Of a stretch of DNA of 64,000 nt, positions 50,338 through 62,854 are shown in pieces. The notes beneath the pieces are model-generated. The model was not told the DNA's origin, made no database searches, and was given only the letters and a program-made list of their open reading frames with translations. The DNA is from Okamejei kenojei (lineage: Eukaryota), in contig CM069154.1 in assembly GCA_035221665.1 (NCBI GenBank), forward strand, positions 5,890,001-5,954,000. Reading direction: 5' to 3'. Every line of letters begins with the position of its first letter. Positions within the stretch are counted from its first letter, which is position 1. The translations under genes and the position numbers were made by a program.

Positions 50338-53322
50338 TCAGTATCCCGTACCTGCCTTCTCTCCATACCCTCTGATCCCCTTAGCCACAAGGGCCACATC
50401 CAACTCACTCTTAAATATAGCCAATGAACTGGCCTCAACTACCCTCTGTGGCAGAGAGTTCCAGAGACTCACCACTCTCTGTGTGAAGAAAGTCTTTCTC
50501 ATCTCGGTCTTAAAGGATTTCCCCCTTATCCTTAAGCTGTGACCCCTTGTCCTGGACTTCCCCAACATCGGGAACAATCTTCCTGCATCTAGCCTGTCCA
50601 ACCCCTTAAGAATTTTGTAAGTTTCTATAAGATCCCCTCTTAATCTCCTAAAATTCCAGAGAGTATAAACCGAGCCCATCCAGTCTTTCTTCATAAGACA
50701 GTCCTGACATCCCAGGAATCAGTCTGGTGAACCTTCTCTGCACTCCCTCTATGGCAATAATGTCCTTCCTCAGATTTGGAGACCAAAACTGCACGCAATA
50801 CTCCAGGTGTGGTCTCACCAAGACCCTGTACAACTGAAGTAGAACCTCCCTGCTCCTGTACTCAAATCCTTTTGCTATGAAAGCTAACATACCATTCGCT
50901 TTTTTCACTGCCTGCTGCACCTGCATGCCTACTTTCAATGACTGGTGTACCATGACACCCAGGTCTCGCTGCATCTCCCCTTTTCCCAATCGGCCACCAT
51001 TTAAATAATAGTCCGCTTTCCTGTTTTTGCCACCAAAGTGGATAACCTCACATTTATCCACATTATACTGCATCTGCCAAACATTTGCCCACTCATCCAG
51101 CCTATCCAAGTCACCCTGCAGTCTCCTAGCATCCTCCTCACAGCGAACACTGCCCCCCAGCTTAGTGTCATCCGCAAACTTGGAGATATTGCCTTCAATT
51201 CCCTCATCCAGATCATTAATATATATTGTAAATAGCTGGGGTCCCAGCACTGAGCCCTGCGGTACCCCACTAGTTACTGCCTGCCATTGTGAAAAGGACC
51301 CGTTTACTCCTACTCTTTGCTTCCTGTTTGCCAGCCAGTTCTCTATCCACATCAATACTGAACCCCTAATACCGTATGCTTTAAGTTTGTATACTAATCT
51401 CTTATGTGGGACCTTGTCGAAAGCCTTCTGGAAGTCCAGATATACCACATCCACTGGTTCTCCCTTATCCACGCTACTAGTTACATCCTCGAAAAATTCC
51501 ACAAGATTCGTCAGACATGATTTACCTTTTGTAAATCCATGCTGACTTTGTCCAATGATTTTCACCACTTTCCAAATGTGCTGCTATCCCATCTTTAATA
51601 ACTGACTCTAGCAGTTTCCCCACGACCGATGTTAGACTAACTGGTCTGTAATTCCCCCATTTTCTCCCTCCCTCCCTTCTTAAAAAGAGGGGTTACATTT
51701 GCTACCCGCCAATCCTCAGGAACTACTCCAGAATCTAAAGAGTTTTGAAAGATTATCACTAATGCATCCACTATTTCCTGAGCTACTTCCTTAAGTACTC
51801 TGGGATGCAGCCTATCTGGCCCTGGGGATTTATCGGCCTTTTAATCTATTCAATTTACCCAGCAGCACTTCCCGACTGACCTGGATTTCACTCAATTCCT
51901 CCTTTGACCCACAGTCCCCTGCTATTTCAGGCAGATTATTTATGTCTTCCTTAGTGAAGACGGAACCAAAGTAGTTATTCAATTGGTCCGCCATATCCTT
52001 GTTCCCCATGATCAACTCACCTGTTTCTGACTGCAAGGGACCTACATTTTGTTTTAACTAACCTCTTTCTCTTCACATATCTATAAAAACTTTTGCAGTC
52101 AGCTTTTATGTTCCCTGCCAGTTTTCTTTCATAATCTATTTTTCCTTTCCTAATTAAGCCCTTTGTCCTCCTCTGCTGGTCTCTGAATTTCTCCCAGTCC
52201 TCTGGTATGCTGCTTTTTCTGGCTACTTTGTACGCATCATCCTTTGCTTTGATACTATCCCTGATTTCCCTTGTTATCCACGGATGCACTACCTTCCCTA
52301 ATTTATTCTTTTGCCAAACTGGGATGAACAATTTTTGTAGTTCATCCATGCAGTCTTTAAATGTCTTCCATTGTATATCCACCGTCAACCCTTTTAGAAT
52401 TAATTGCCAGTCAATCTTGGCCAATTCACGTCTCATACCCTCAAAGTTACCTTTCTTTAAGTTCAGAACCATTGTTTCTGAATTAACAATGTCACTCTCC
52501 ATCCTAATGTAGAACTCAACCATATTATGGTCACTCTTGCCGAAGGGGGCACGTACAACAAGACGGCTAATTACCCCTTCCTCATTACTCAAAACCCAGT
52601 CTAAAATAGCCTGCTCTCTCGTTGGTTCCTCTACATGTTAATTTAGATAACTATCCCGCATACATTCCAAAAAATCCTCTTCCTCAGCACCCCTGCCAAT
52701 TTGATTAACCCAATCTATATGTAGATTGAAGTCACCCATTATAACTGTTTTGCCTTTGTCACACGCATTTCTAATTTCCTGTTTGATACCATCCCCAACT
52801 TCTCTGCTACTGTTAGGTGGCCTGTACACAACACCCACCAGCGTTTTTCTGCCCCTTAGTGTTTTGTAGCTCTACCCATACCGATTCCACATCCTCCAAG
52901 CTAATGTCCTTCCTTTCCATTGCTTTAATCTCCTCTCTAACCAGCAACGCTACCTCACCTCCTTTTCCTTTCTCTCTATCCCTCCTGAATATTGAATATC
53001 CCTGGATGTTCAGCTCCCAGCCTACGTCACCCTGGAGCCATGTCTCCGTGATCCCAACTATATCATAATCATTAATATCTATCTGCACGTTCAACTCGTC
53101 CACCTTATTACGAATACTCCTTGCATTGAGACACAAAGCCTTCAGGCTTGTCTTTACAACGCATTTACCCCTTATACAATTTTGCTGAAAAGTGGCCCTT
53201 TTTGATTTTTGCCCTGGTTTTGTCTGCCTGCCACTTTTACCTTTCACCTTGCTACCTAATGCTTCTGCCGTCATTTTACACCCTCCTGCCTCTCTGCTCT
53301 TGTACCCATCCCCCTGCCACAT
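50338..53322 (-). pseudogene. CR1 ORF2 (AP endonuclease + RT) broken by several frameshifts and one stop
   Basis: CLNARSIRNK, VGITETWL, VYRPP, MGDFN, SDHN, QHGF, FADD spread across six consecutive ORF fragments. Confidence 0.92.
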
Positions 53323-54266
53323 TAGTTTAAATCCTCCCCGACAGCACTAGCAAACACTCCCCCAAGAACATTGGTTCCATTCCATTCCAGGTGCAAACCG
53401 TCCTGTTTGTACCGGTCCCACCTCCCCCAGAACTGGTCCCAGTGCCCTAAAAATTTGAATCCCTCCCCCTTGCACCACTTTTCAAGCCACGTATTCATTT
53501 GCATTATCCTCCTATTTCTACTCTGACTGGCCCGTGGTACTGGTAGTAATCCGGAGATTACTACCTTTGAGGTCCTACTTTTAAGTTTATCTCCTAGCTC
53601 CCTAAATACACCTTGTAGGACCTCATCCCTTTTTTTACCTATATCGTTGGTGCCAACATGCACCACGACAACTGGCTGTTCACCCTCCCCCTCCAGAATG
53701 TTCTGCAGCCGTTCAGTGACATCCCTGACCTTTGCACCAGGGAGGCAACATACCATCCTGGAGTCTCGTTTGCGGCCGCAGAAACGCCTATCTATTCCCC
53801 TGACAATTGAATCCCCTATTACTATTGCCCTTCCCCTCTTTTTTCCCCCCTCATGTGCTGCAGAGCCACCCATGGTGCCATGAACCTGGCTGCTGCTGCA
53901 TTCCCCTGATGAGCCATCTCCCTCAACAGTATCCAAAATGGTATACCTGTTTAGGAGGGAGATGACCGCAGGGGACTCCTGCACTACCTGCCTACTGCTT
54001 TGCTGGCTATTGGCCACCCGTTCCCTTCTTGTCCTACCTTTTGCCTGCGGTGTGACCAACTCACTGTACGTGCTATCCACGACTTTCTCCGCATCGTGGA
54101 TGCTCCAGTATGAATCCAGCCGCAGTTCCAATCGTTCAATGCGGTCTGCCAGGAGCTGCAGCTGGACACACTTCCTGCAAACGTAGTCACCAGGGACACC
54201 GACCATCTCCCTGATCTCCCACATGTTGCAGGCTGAACAAACCATGGGGCCAATCTCTACTGCCAT
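53322..54266 (-). CDS. CR1 ORF1: zinc finger/coiled coil plus SGNH/GDSL esterase domain
   Basis: CSACNMW..CRKC; IVIGDSIVR, VVHVGTND, DGLHL. Confidence 0.92.
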   Translation of the reverse strand: MAVEIGPMVCSACNMWEIREMVGVPGDYVCRKCVQLQLLADRIERLELRLDSYWSIHDAEKVVDSTYSELVTPQAKGRTRRERVANSQQSSRQVVQESPAVISLLNRYTILDTVEGDGSSGECSSSQVHGTMGGSAAHEGGKKRGRAIVIGDSIVRGIDRRFCGRKRDSRMVCCLPGAKVRDVTERLQNILEGEGEQPVVVVHVGTNDIGKKRDEVLQGVFRELGDKLKSRTSKVVISGLLPVPRASQSRNRRIMQMNTWLEKWCKGEGFKFLGHWDQFWGRWDRYKQDGLHLEWNGTNVLGGVFASAVGEDLN

Positions 54267-55623
54267 ACCTTACTCCCAAATTACTAAAAAAAACACAAAA
54301 AACATATCCTTTAAAACTTTACTACTAAATACTGAATCCCTAACTCCCAGAATCCCTCACTCCCAGAAGGCAGAAATGTAAAATAGTAAACCCGGGGTTG
54401 CACCCAATCAGCTGCTTCCTCGGGTCCTCTTCCACCAATCAGCGGCTTCCTCAAAAAAAAACCCACTTCTCCAAATGGAACGTTATGGATTTGGGTAAGC
54501 CTCTGAAAAAGCAAGCCCCGCGCTCGATTTTTAACCTTACCGGTCGGGTGTCGCTCCTCCCCCTCCTTCACTTCCAACGGCTCCTGTGGGCCTCTGAAAA
54601 ACAAGCCCCGCACTCGATTTTTAACCTTACCGGTCGGGTGTCGCTCCTCCCCCTCCTTCACTTCCTCCAACGGCTCCTGTGGGCCTCAGCTATTTCCTGT
54701 TCACCAAAAACACTGCAGAGAGGAACCGAAGATGCAGCAAAACAATTTAATTCTGTCTTAATTCGCCATTGACCCATGTCTTCTGCTAACACTGCTCAGC
54801 AAACAGTGTTACAGCGAACTGCTCGCAAGATGCGGTTCAGATGTACGAATCCACACACCCTTGTATCAGCAGCGTGAGCAAAGTGTCAGCACTGCAGAAC
54901 AATTCAGTGTAAAGAAAGAAATGACTGTTTGAACATATTAGATGAAAGTACATTCCAAGTCAGCACCCACCATTAAAACAACATTGGCATCGACCAGAAA
55001 TGTCACCCATTCTTTCTATCCATTGAAATCTATCTATCTGTGGCATCTCAGACCGTCTATCTCTCACTATCTGTGAGGCACTTTGGGATGCCTTGCAGTG
55101 GGGAAAAGCTCCAATTTAAGATCATTCCTCCCATTGGACCATTAACAAACTCAATTTGAACGGGCCGGGCAGCATCAGTGTGGCCACAGAATTTGCAAGT
55201 ATCTCTGGCTATTCAGCACCCCTCAGATGTTCATGATCTGGGGGTTTGTGAGTTCAAAGCAGCCTCTGGTCTCATTTCCTCGTCTCCCCGCTTACTGTGT
55301 GGAGAATACCCAAAGTAATCCTTGAGTCTTTCCGAACTTTATGGTGGTTACTCCGTTATTGCAGGTCACCATTTTTTATTATCAAACAACATCCTTAACA
55401 GTTCTTTCATGAGCGGGGTGATAGTGACAATTCAGACTGAGGAAAGCAACACAATGTATTTGCAGTTTCACACCCCGTTCTTTGCAAGCAGCAACTCAAC
55501 CATTGTGTCCTGCACAAGATTAGACCTTCCACTAGTTTAGTTTAGAGATACATCGCGGAAACAGGCCCTTCGGCCCACCAAGTCCACACTGACCAGCGAT
55601 CGCCGCATATTAACACTACCCTA

Positions 55624-57125
55624 GCAAGCAAGCATATTTATTTATATAGCACATTTCAGCAACAAGGCAATTCAAAGTGCTTTACACAAAGCATTAAAAA
55701 GTAACCTAAACAATTAACATGTAATTAAAGAGCATAGAAAATAAAAACAAGCTAAAATAAAATAAGGCGTATAAAATACAAGAATAAAAATTACAGCGCA
55801 GTATTAAAAATAAATAATTATTTTATTGAATTAAAAGTAATTAAATGCAACGTCAAATAGAAAAGTCTTCAGCCCTGATTAAAAAAACTGAGAGTTAGAG
55901 CAGACCAGCATTTTTCAGGAAGTTTGTTCCATATACGTGGTGCATAAACTTAAGGGGTTGGACAGGCTAGATGCATGAAGATTGTTCCCGATGTTGGGGA
56001 AGTCCAGGACAAGGGGTCACAGCTTAAGGATAAGGGGGAAATCCTTTAAGACCGAGATGAGAAAGACTTTCTTCACACAGAGAGTGGTGAGTCTCTGGAA
56101 CTCTCTGCCACAGAGGGTAGTTGAGGCCAGTTCATTGGCTATATTTAAGAGTGAGTTGGATGTGGCCCTTGTGGCTAAGGGGATCAGAGGGTATGGAGAG
56201 AAGGCAGGTACGGGATACTGAGTTGGATGATCAGCCATGATCATATTGAATGGCGGTGCAGGCTCGAAGGGCTGAATGGCCTACTCCTGCACCTAATTTC
56301 TATGTTTCTATGTTTCTATAAACACTAAACGCTGCTTCTCCATGTTTAGCTCTGACTCTGGGGACAGAAAGCAGACCTGTCCCTGACGACCTCAGTGGTC
56401 TGGATGGTTCATAATGTAGCAGAAGATCAGACATGTCTTTTGGCCCTAGACCATTCAGTGCTTTATAAACCATGTAATATTTTGAAATTAATTCTTTGAC
56501 AGAATGGAAGCCAATGTAAAGACCTCAAAACTGGAGTGATGTGATCCAGTTTCTTGGTCTTAGAGAGGACACGAGCAGCAGCGTTCTGAAACAGCTGCAG
56601 CTGTCCAGGCGATTCTTTAGGGAGACCTGTGAGGACAGCATTACAGTAGTCAAGTCTACTGAAGATAAATGCATGGGTACGTTTTTCCAAATTCTGCTGA
56701 ACCATAAGTCCTTTAACCTTTGATATATTCTTAAGGTGATAGTAGGCCGACATATTAATTGCCTTAAAGTGGCTGTTGAAATCCATCGTTTCCTCTTTGG
56801 CTCCAAAAACAACTACCTCAGTTTTGTCTTTGTTTAATTGAAAAAAGGTTTTGGCACATCCAGTCGTTGATTTGTTCGATGCACCTACTCGGTATTCGGA
56901 TTGCTCCATGGTGATATGGTTCTGTACTCCGCATGTCATATTTGTCCGCTCTGAGGTGTAATTACCTATAGACACAAAGTAGTCCCTGATCTTTAAGTAG
57001 GATTCAAACCTGTTTAGTACTGTGCCAGGAAGTCCAACCCAGTTTTCCAATCGGTCCAGTAATATGGTGTGGTCGACCGTGGCAAATGCAGCACTGATAT
57101 CCAGTAATACTAATACTGAAATGTT
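55624..57125 (-). mobile_element. L2-clade LINE 3' fragment, inserted into a SINE
   Basis: QLNKDKTEV, HAFIFSRLDYCNA, QNAAARVL, HITPVLRSLHWLP; L2-type tail aaagcactttgaattgcc...gtgctatataaataaa. Confidence 0.9.
55950..56317 (+). mobile_element. CR1 3' fragment (same young family) inserted in an L2 element
   Basis: Near-identical to 17430-17796; TSD ataaac at 55944-55949 and 56318-56323. Confidence 0.93.
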
Positions 57126-57577
57126 GCCACCCTACACACACTGGGGACAACTTATATTTATAGCAAGCCAATTAACCTACGTACCTGTACGTCTTTGGAG
57201 TGTGGGAGGAAACCGAAGATCTCGAAGAAAATCCACGCGGTCATGGGGAGAACATACAAACTCCGTACAGACAACTCCAGTAGTCTAGATCGAACCCGGG
57301 TCTCCGGCGCTTCAAGCGCTGTAAGGCAGCAACTCTACCGTTGCTCCACCATTGCCATTATTTATAGTCATCTAACACCTTTGGACGGTGGACAAAATGA
57401 ATAGCTTGTTGCAGCATTAAAATGTTTATCAATATTACGGTACTCAAAAGACGCGAAAGTGGGATGCTATAGAACCAGTGTGAAAGGGTTAATTGCTGAT
57501 TGAAGTGGACTCGGTGGGCTAAATGGTCTGTATCCATCCTGTATCTTTCAATCACTTAATCAAAAAAAATAGTTTTA

Positions 57578-58268
57578 CAAAATGCTGGAGTAACTCAGCG
57601 GGACAGGCATCATCCCTGGATGAAAGAAATAGGTGACGTTTCTGGTCAAGACCGTTCTTCAGACTGAAATCAGGGGAGAGGGGATACTTGGAATCGGATC
57701 CGTGGTTTGTAAATGGGACAAAGGGATGGCGATGAAGGAAAAAATGCAGAATAGATCATTGTTAGTTGGGAGAAGGTAACAACGAAGCAATTAAAGATAA
57801 AATGTAGTCGGAGACTGTGAGACTGCTCGGGGAACTGGGAAGGAAGGGGGGGGGGGGGGTGGAATGAGATGGAATGCAAGGATTACTTGGAGTGAGAAGT
57901 CCATTTTCACACCGCGGGGGTGTGAGAGCTGTCCAAGCAAAATATGAGGTGCTCTTCCTCCAATTTGCGCGGGAACTCAATCTGACAATGGAGGATGCCC
58001 AGGGCAGAAATGTCAGTGGGACTGGGAGGGGCAGTTAAAGTGTTTAGCGACTGAGATATCAGTTGGGGGTGGGCTGAGTGGAGGTGTTTAGCGAAACGAT
58101 CGCCGAGAAGCGAGGACAAGCGCAGGCTCGGCGATCGTTTCGCTGAACGCCGCTGCTCAGTCTGCATACCCCTACCTGATCTATCCGCAGATGCCGCCTG
58201 TCACCTGTTACCCCAGCAATGTATGTCTATCTTCAGTTTAAACCAGCATCTGCAGTTCCTTCCTACCT
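57578..58268. mobile_element. Penelope relic with inverted arms
   Basis: KLEEEHLIFCL remnant; inverted repeat around 58088-58146. Confidence 0.75.
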
Positions 58269-58541
58269 AAATATTAGTTGCATATCGGAAATGGAATCTG
58301 CTTTTGATGGATGTGCAAAGCGCGTCAGCCAGCATCTGTTGACAGAAAAATAAGGCTAATAGTCAGAACAATGTTGATGCATAATTTTGTTCTGATGGGA
58401 TAGCATGGCCTGAAAGATTAATTGATTGCCTTTCCTAAACGCAACTAACGTTTGGCAACAGGAGGATTATCCAGCAGTCTGATTGCAGTCTGTTGTGCAT
58501 CACTAAAGTTGCAGTCTATACAAAACAAATTAGACAAACCA

Positions 58542-58564
58542 TTTATTGACAACAATCATTTATT
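58542..58564 (-). terminator. Two AATAAA polyadenylation signals ~200 nt after the gene C stop
   Basis: tttatt on + strand at 58542-58547 and 58559-58564. Confidence 0.5.
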
Positions 58565-58765
58565 AAGAAGCATTATGTTGCATTATTATTCATTAACCAG
58601 TGAAAAATTTTTTTTCCAGAAAGTTGAAAGCATCTAATATAGTTTAACAGAGTATTAGAGTCTGGAGCAGCAAAAACCACGCAGAGGTTAAAACAATAGT
58701 TCGAAGCTGACGAAAGAATCCTTGGAAGAGGTGACAAAAATTAAGGTGGTGCAAGCTGGGTGTCT

Positions 58766-58813
58766 TCATTGTAAGTCGTGGGTCGAGTGGCGAAGTTCTG
58801 ATTCATCGCGTCT
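58766..58813 (-). CDS. Gene C terminal coding exon (15 aa, no tyrosine)
   Basis: attatcttttgcag| phase 0, RRDESELRHSTHDLQ-TGA. Confidence 0.65.
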   Translation of the reverse strand, partial: RRDESELRHSTHDLQ

Positions 58814-61800
58814 CTGCAAAAGATAATGTGAAGTCATCAGTCTCATTTGACCCGACCGCTCCCAACACAATGCTATCTGGAAGATGGACCCCAACAAATC
58901 CACACAGGGCACTGAAATCCACTCTGCACACGTGCAACCTGGCAAAACCTCGTGATATCATCTGCATTGAGATTTGGTTTAACTTCAGGATATGAAACCA
59001 TGCATGGTTTTTGTTTCTATTAATGGACAGGGTATTTGAAAGCATTAATGGAAACCGTTTGGATACATTCGGCGATGAAATGTGATTGCTTTGGTCAGGG
59101 GTGTTGAATCTATGGATTTCATTCCCACAGGAGGCTGTGGAGGCCAAGTGAATTCACACTGGAGATGCTGCCTGTCTCACTGAGTTACTCCAGCATTTTT
59201 GTATGTATCCAAATCAATTGATATTTTTAAGGGGGAGATTTTGATATTCTTGATAAATAAGGATGTCAATGGTTATGGGGAGAAGGCAGGAGAATGGGAT
59301 CGAGAGGGAAGGATAGATCAGCCATGATTGGGGGCGGATTAGATATGATGGGCTGAATGGCCTAATTCTGCTCCTATCATTTATGACCACGATGACAATA
59401 AAACCTACCTTAGAGCCTCTTGTGAACACCGCAGTTGAGATACTCCAGATCACAAGCAGGAGAAAGAGCAGCCAGCGCCCCACTCTCCATGAGATGTAAC
59501 TGGGCAGAGGGCAAGAGATACAGAATCAATGGGAGGAAATTAGACGGTTTATCTTTGAAGCATTTACCTGTTATTTGCTTCATAATCTTGGTGAAGTGGA
59601 GCGGGGCGAAGCAGCAGAGTAAATGGAGATCATCTTGGAGAAAGAATGGGTGTTAGACGTGAGGGGGGGTCGGGGGTTGGGGTGGGGGGGGGGGGGGACA
59701 ACTTATGATCACCAATTATTGACCTCATTTCTGGGGCATGGCTACAAGACTGGGTATGAGCGACTACGCAGTTAAATGGATTCGGAGAAGACCGAGAAAT
59801 AACTCTTGAGATGGAGCAGTGAATCAAGTGAATACAGAGTAGATAGACACAAAATGTTGGAGAAACAGCGGGAGAGGCAGTATCTCTGGAGAGAATGGAG
59901 GAAGATTGCAACCTTCACGTGGTCCGCCCTGTTTCGACTAGTGCAATCAACTCGACGTGCACAAATGGAAGATCAATTAGAACAAGTTGTCCAACAACTT
60001 TAGGCTGTGCACGCCACACGAAAGAAGAAGAAGAAGAAGACTGGGAATCACGGGAGAGGGAAAATGGGGATGTGGAAGGATACAAAGAACAGTGTAATAC
60101 CCTAGAAGAATGAAAATCCAGCTGCAAGGAAGAATATGGATAGACAGGAATAATAAAAATGGATCAATTCTAATGATAGAAGGGAGGTGGGGAATAAATA
60201 TGGAAACGGATGAGGCCAATAAATGAAATAAATTAAAAATGATAATGCATAATCTCACACTGGATACTTCTTGGATTAATGCGGTAGGTGTGTGCATGGA
60301 GGAAATGTGTTCGAAAAATCGGTTAAAGGCTCGCTCATAACGTGGTTTTGATGAACATTCTTATTTCCTAACGCAAGCGTAACGCAAGAGTGTGATAGGA
60401 AGTCAGATCTATTTCAATTGTAATAAGATAAATAACAAAGTGTTCACACTTTCATGACTATATTATGATTGAATATTTAATGGTTTCAAGTTTCAACGAG
60501 TAAAATAGCGTCAGTTAACTCATTTTGCTGTATTCGGTCTGATTCAAGACTAGTTTGTCACATTCTGCGCCAGTGATTTTAGGGTGTTTAACCCCATCAG
60601 TTGCAAGGTGTTGCCACACGTGATATCAAGGGGGGTGTCTTCGCCCATAATTCACAATGCATTTTCCTATCAGCACCACACCAGAGCAAGTCACAGCAAA
60701 GCTAAACTGCAACACTTGGGTTTGGCAACTATGTTCATCTCACAGCATGGGATGAGATTAGTGATGGAGGTCATGGTGAATACCGCAGGGAGCACTCTCT
60801 AAAAAGCAGCAAATGGGGGAACATGTTCTTATCATCCAAGCATGTGCACACCACAATGACATGTAAACCCAGTGCGATTCCCCTTCTGATGAGTTAACTA
60901 ATAACTGGTTTGCACGTAATATTTATTTTATTAAAGAATATTTAAAAGATAAATTTATATTTGGTGTCAGGCTTGAAACATGTACAACAATTGGTATGCT
61001 TCCTACTATTTGGGTTAATTGGATCAAAGACCTGTAGAGAAACACAGTAGAGAAATAGGGCACACAAAAGGCTGGAGAAACTCAGCGGGTGCAGCAGCAT
61101 CTAAGGAGCGAAGGAGATAGGCGACGTTTCGGGTCGAGACCCTTCTTCAGACTGGTCAGGGATCAGGGAAACGAGAGATATAGACGGTGATGGGGAGAAA
61201 TTCAATGTTCAAGCCCAGAGGATGCAGACTCCCCAAGCGGAATATGAGGTGCTGTTCTTCCAACTTGCGGTGTTGCTCACTCTGGCCGTGGAGGAGGCCC
61301 AGGACGGAGAGGGCGGATATGGAATGGGAGGGGGAGTTGAAGTGCTGAGCCACCGGGAGGTCGGCTTGGTTATTGCGGACCGAGCGGAGGTGTTCGGCGA
61401 AACGATTGCCAAGCCTCCGCTTGGTCTGACCGATATAGATCATCTGGCATCTGGAGCAGCGGATGCAGTAGATGAGGTTGGAGGAGGTGCAGGTGAACCT
61501 CTGTCGGACCTGGAAGGACTGCTTGGGTCCCTGAAAGGAGTGGAGGGGGGAGGTGAAGGGACAAGTGTAGCATTTCTTGCGGTTGCCCGGGGAAGGGGTA
61601 GAGCGGGAGGGAAGGGAAGAATTGACAAGGGAGTTGCAGAGGGAGCGGTCTTTGCGGAAGGCAGACGGCGGGGGGAGATGGCAAGATGTGGCGAGTGGAG
61701 GGGTCACGTTGGAGGTGGCGAAACTGGCGGAGGACTATGTGTTGTATTTGCCGGCTGGTGGGGTGAAAGGTGAGGACCAGGGGGACTTTGCCCTGTTTGC

Positions 61801-62854
61801 GAGTGGGGGAATGGGGAGAGTGGGCAGTGTTGCGGGGTATGGAGGAGACCCTGGTACGAGCCTCATCAATAGTGGGGGAGAGGAATCCCCGTTCTCTGAA
61901 GAATGAGGCCATTTGTGATGACCTGGTGTGGAACACCTCATCCTGGGAGCAGATGCGGCGTAGGCGGAGGAATTGGGAATAGGGGATGGAGTCCTTACAG
62001 GAAGCAGGGTGGGAGGAAGAGTAGTCCAGGTAGCTGTGGGAGTCAGTTGGTTTGTAGTGGATGTAGATCAGGAGTGTATCACCTGCAATAGAGATGGTGA
62101 GGTCAAGGAATGGTAGGGAAATGTCGGAAATGGTCCAAGTGTATTTGAGTGCCGGATGGAAGTTGGTGGTGAAATGGATGAAGTCGGTCAGTTGTGCGTG
62201 GGTGCAGGAGGTGACACCAAAGCAGTCGTCGCTGTAACAGAGGTAGAGGTCGGGGATGGGTCCCTGGTACGCCGAGAACAAGTATAGTTCGACGTACCCA
62301 ATAAAAAGGCAAGCGTAGCTGGGGCCCATGCGTGTGCCCATAGCTACGCCTTGTGTTTGGAAATAGGGCATTTGGCCGTTTCAGACAAATGCATTCACAT
62401 GATTCCTGTGTCAATCCTATCTTTATTTTCCCTACTTTCACATCAACTACCACTACCGTCCAACACCCTCCCTCCCCGCCCCACCCCACCCATTCTTCAC
62501 AGATTCAGCCGCTCTCCTGTACACACGGGCAGCTTACAACTGGCATGTGTTTGGGAGCTGGAAGGAAACTGGAGAATTTAAATGAAACCAACACAATTAA
62601 AGGCTAATCATACAGACCACACATAGACAGCAGTACATGTCGTGGCGTTGTGAGGCTGAGGCTGTGCCACTGTGCCTCAGGTCAATACTCTCATGCATTT
62701 AATGCTAGTGAAAGGAAGGCACAACTTTCTCCCAATTAAAGCATTCCCAATCAAAACTCCAGCAATTAGTACATTGTAACTTTAATTGGAAACAGAGTGG
62801 TTTACCTTGCAGAGTAATTGGATGTTATCGAATTTTCACAAGAATATTCATGAC
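58766..62854 (-). CDS. Gene C 3' part: activating-type receptor (hinge, TM with Arg, short tail); Ig exons lie right of the window
   Basis: Three exons with phases 1-2, 2-0, 0-stop joined in frame: GHEYSCENSITSNYSA-SYISWRVGRWLLFLLLVIWSISTAVFTRGSK-RRDESELRHSTHDLQ*. Confidence 0.8.
59409..59499 (-). CDS. Gene C transmembrane exon with Arg at the N-terminal side of the helix
   Basis: ctcttgccctctgcccag|...AAG|gtaggt, 91 nt, phase 2-0. Confidence 0.82.
59901..60040 (+). mobile_element. Short Vingi/Ingi-like retro-insertion with (GAA)n tail
   Basis: ...gcacgccacacgaaagaagaagaag end, inside a Penelope fragment. Confidence 0.45.
61058..62355 (-). mobile_element. Penelope-like element: RT C-terminus, GIY-YIG endonuclease and terminal repeat
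   Basis: GVAMGTRMGPSYACLF, YKPTDSHSYLDY, NLIYCIRCSRCQMIYIGQTKRRLGNRFAEH, GLN. Confidence 0.93.
61123..61150 (-). ncRNA. Minimal type-I hammerhead ribozyme motif in the Penelope terminal repeat
   Basis: CUGAAGA-A-GGGUC-UC-GACCC-GAAAC-GUC: core boxes, 5-bp stem II, palindromic ACGU stem III; stem I weak. Confidence 0.65.
62806..62854 (-). CDS. Gene C hinge exon
   Basis: 49 nt, same acceptor and donor as 38006-38054, conserved EYSCE. Confidence 0.82.

Larger units (their letters stand above)
50238..54690 (-). mobile_element. Near-full-length CR1 LINE (same family as 16549-17796)
   Basis: 5' UTR with tandem duplicated ~85-bp unit, ORF1, APE-RT ORF2 in pieces, octamer tail. Confidence 0.95.

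Noticed and set aside
50315-50542. Identical 75-aa ORF three times (also 17496-17723, 56017-56244)
   Set aside because: Antisense frame of the young CR1 3' end
54499-54686. Direct repeats resembling an array
   Set aside because: Two tandem units in the CR1 5' UTR, no spacers; not CRISPR-like
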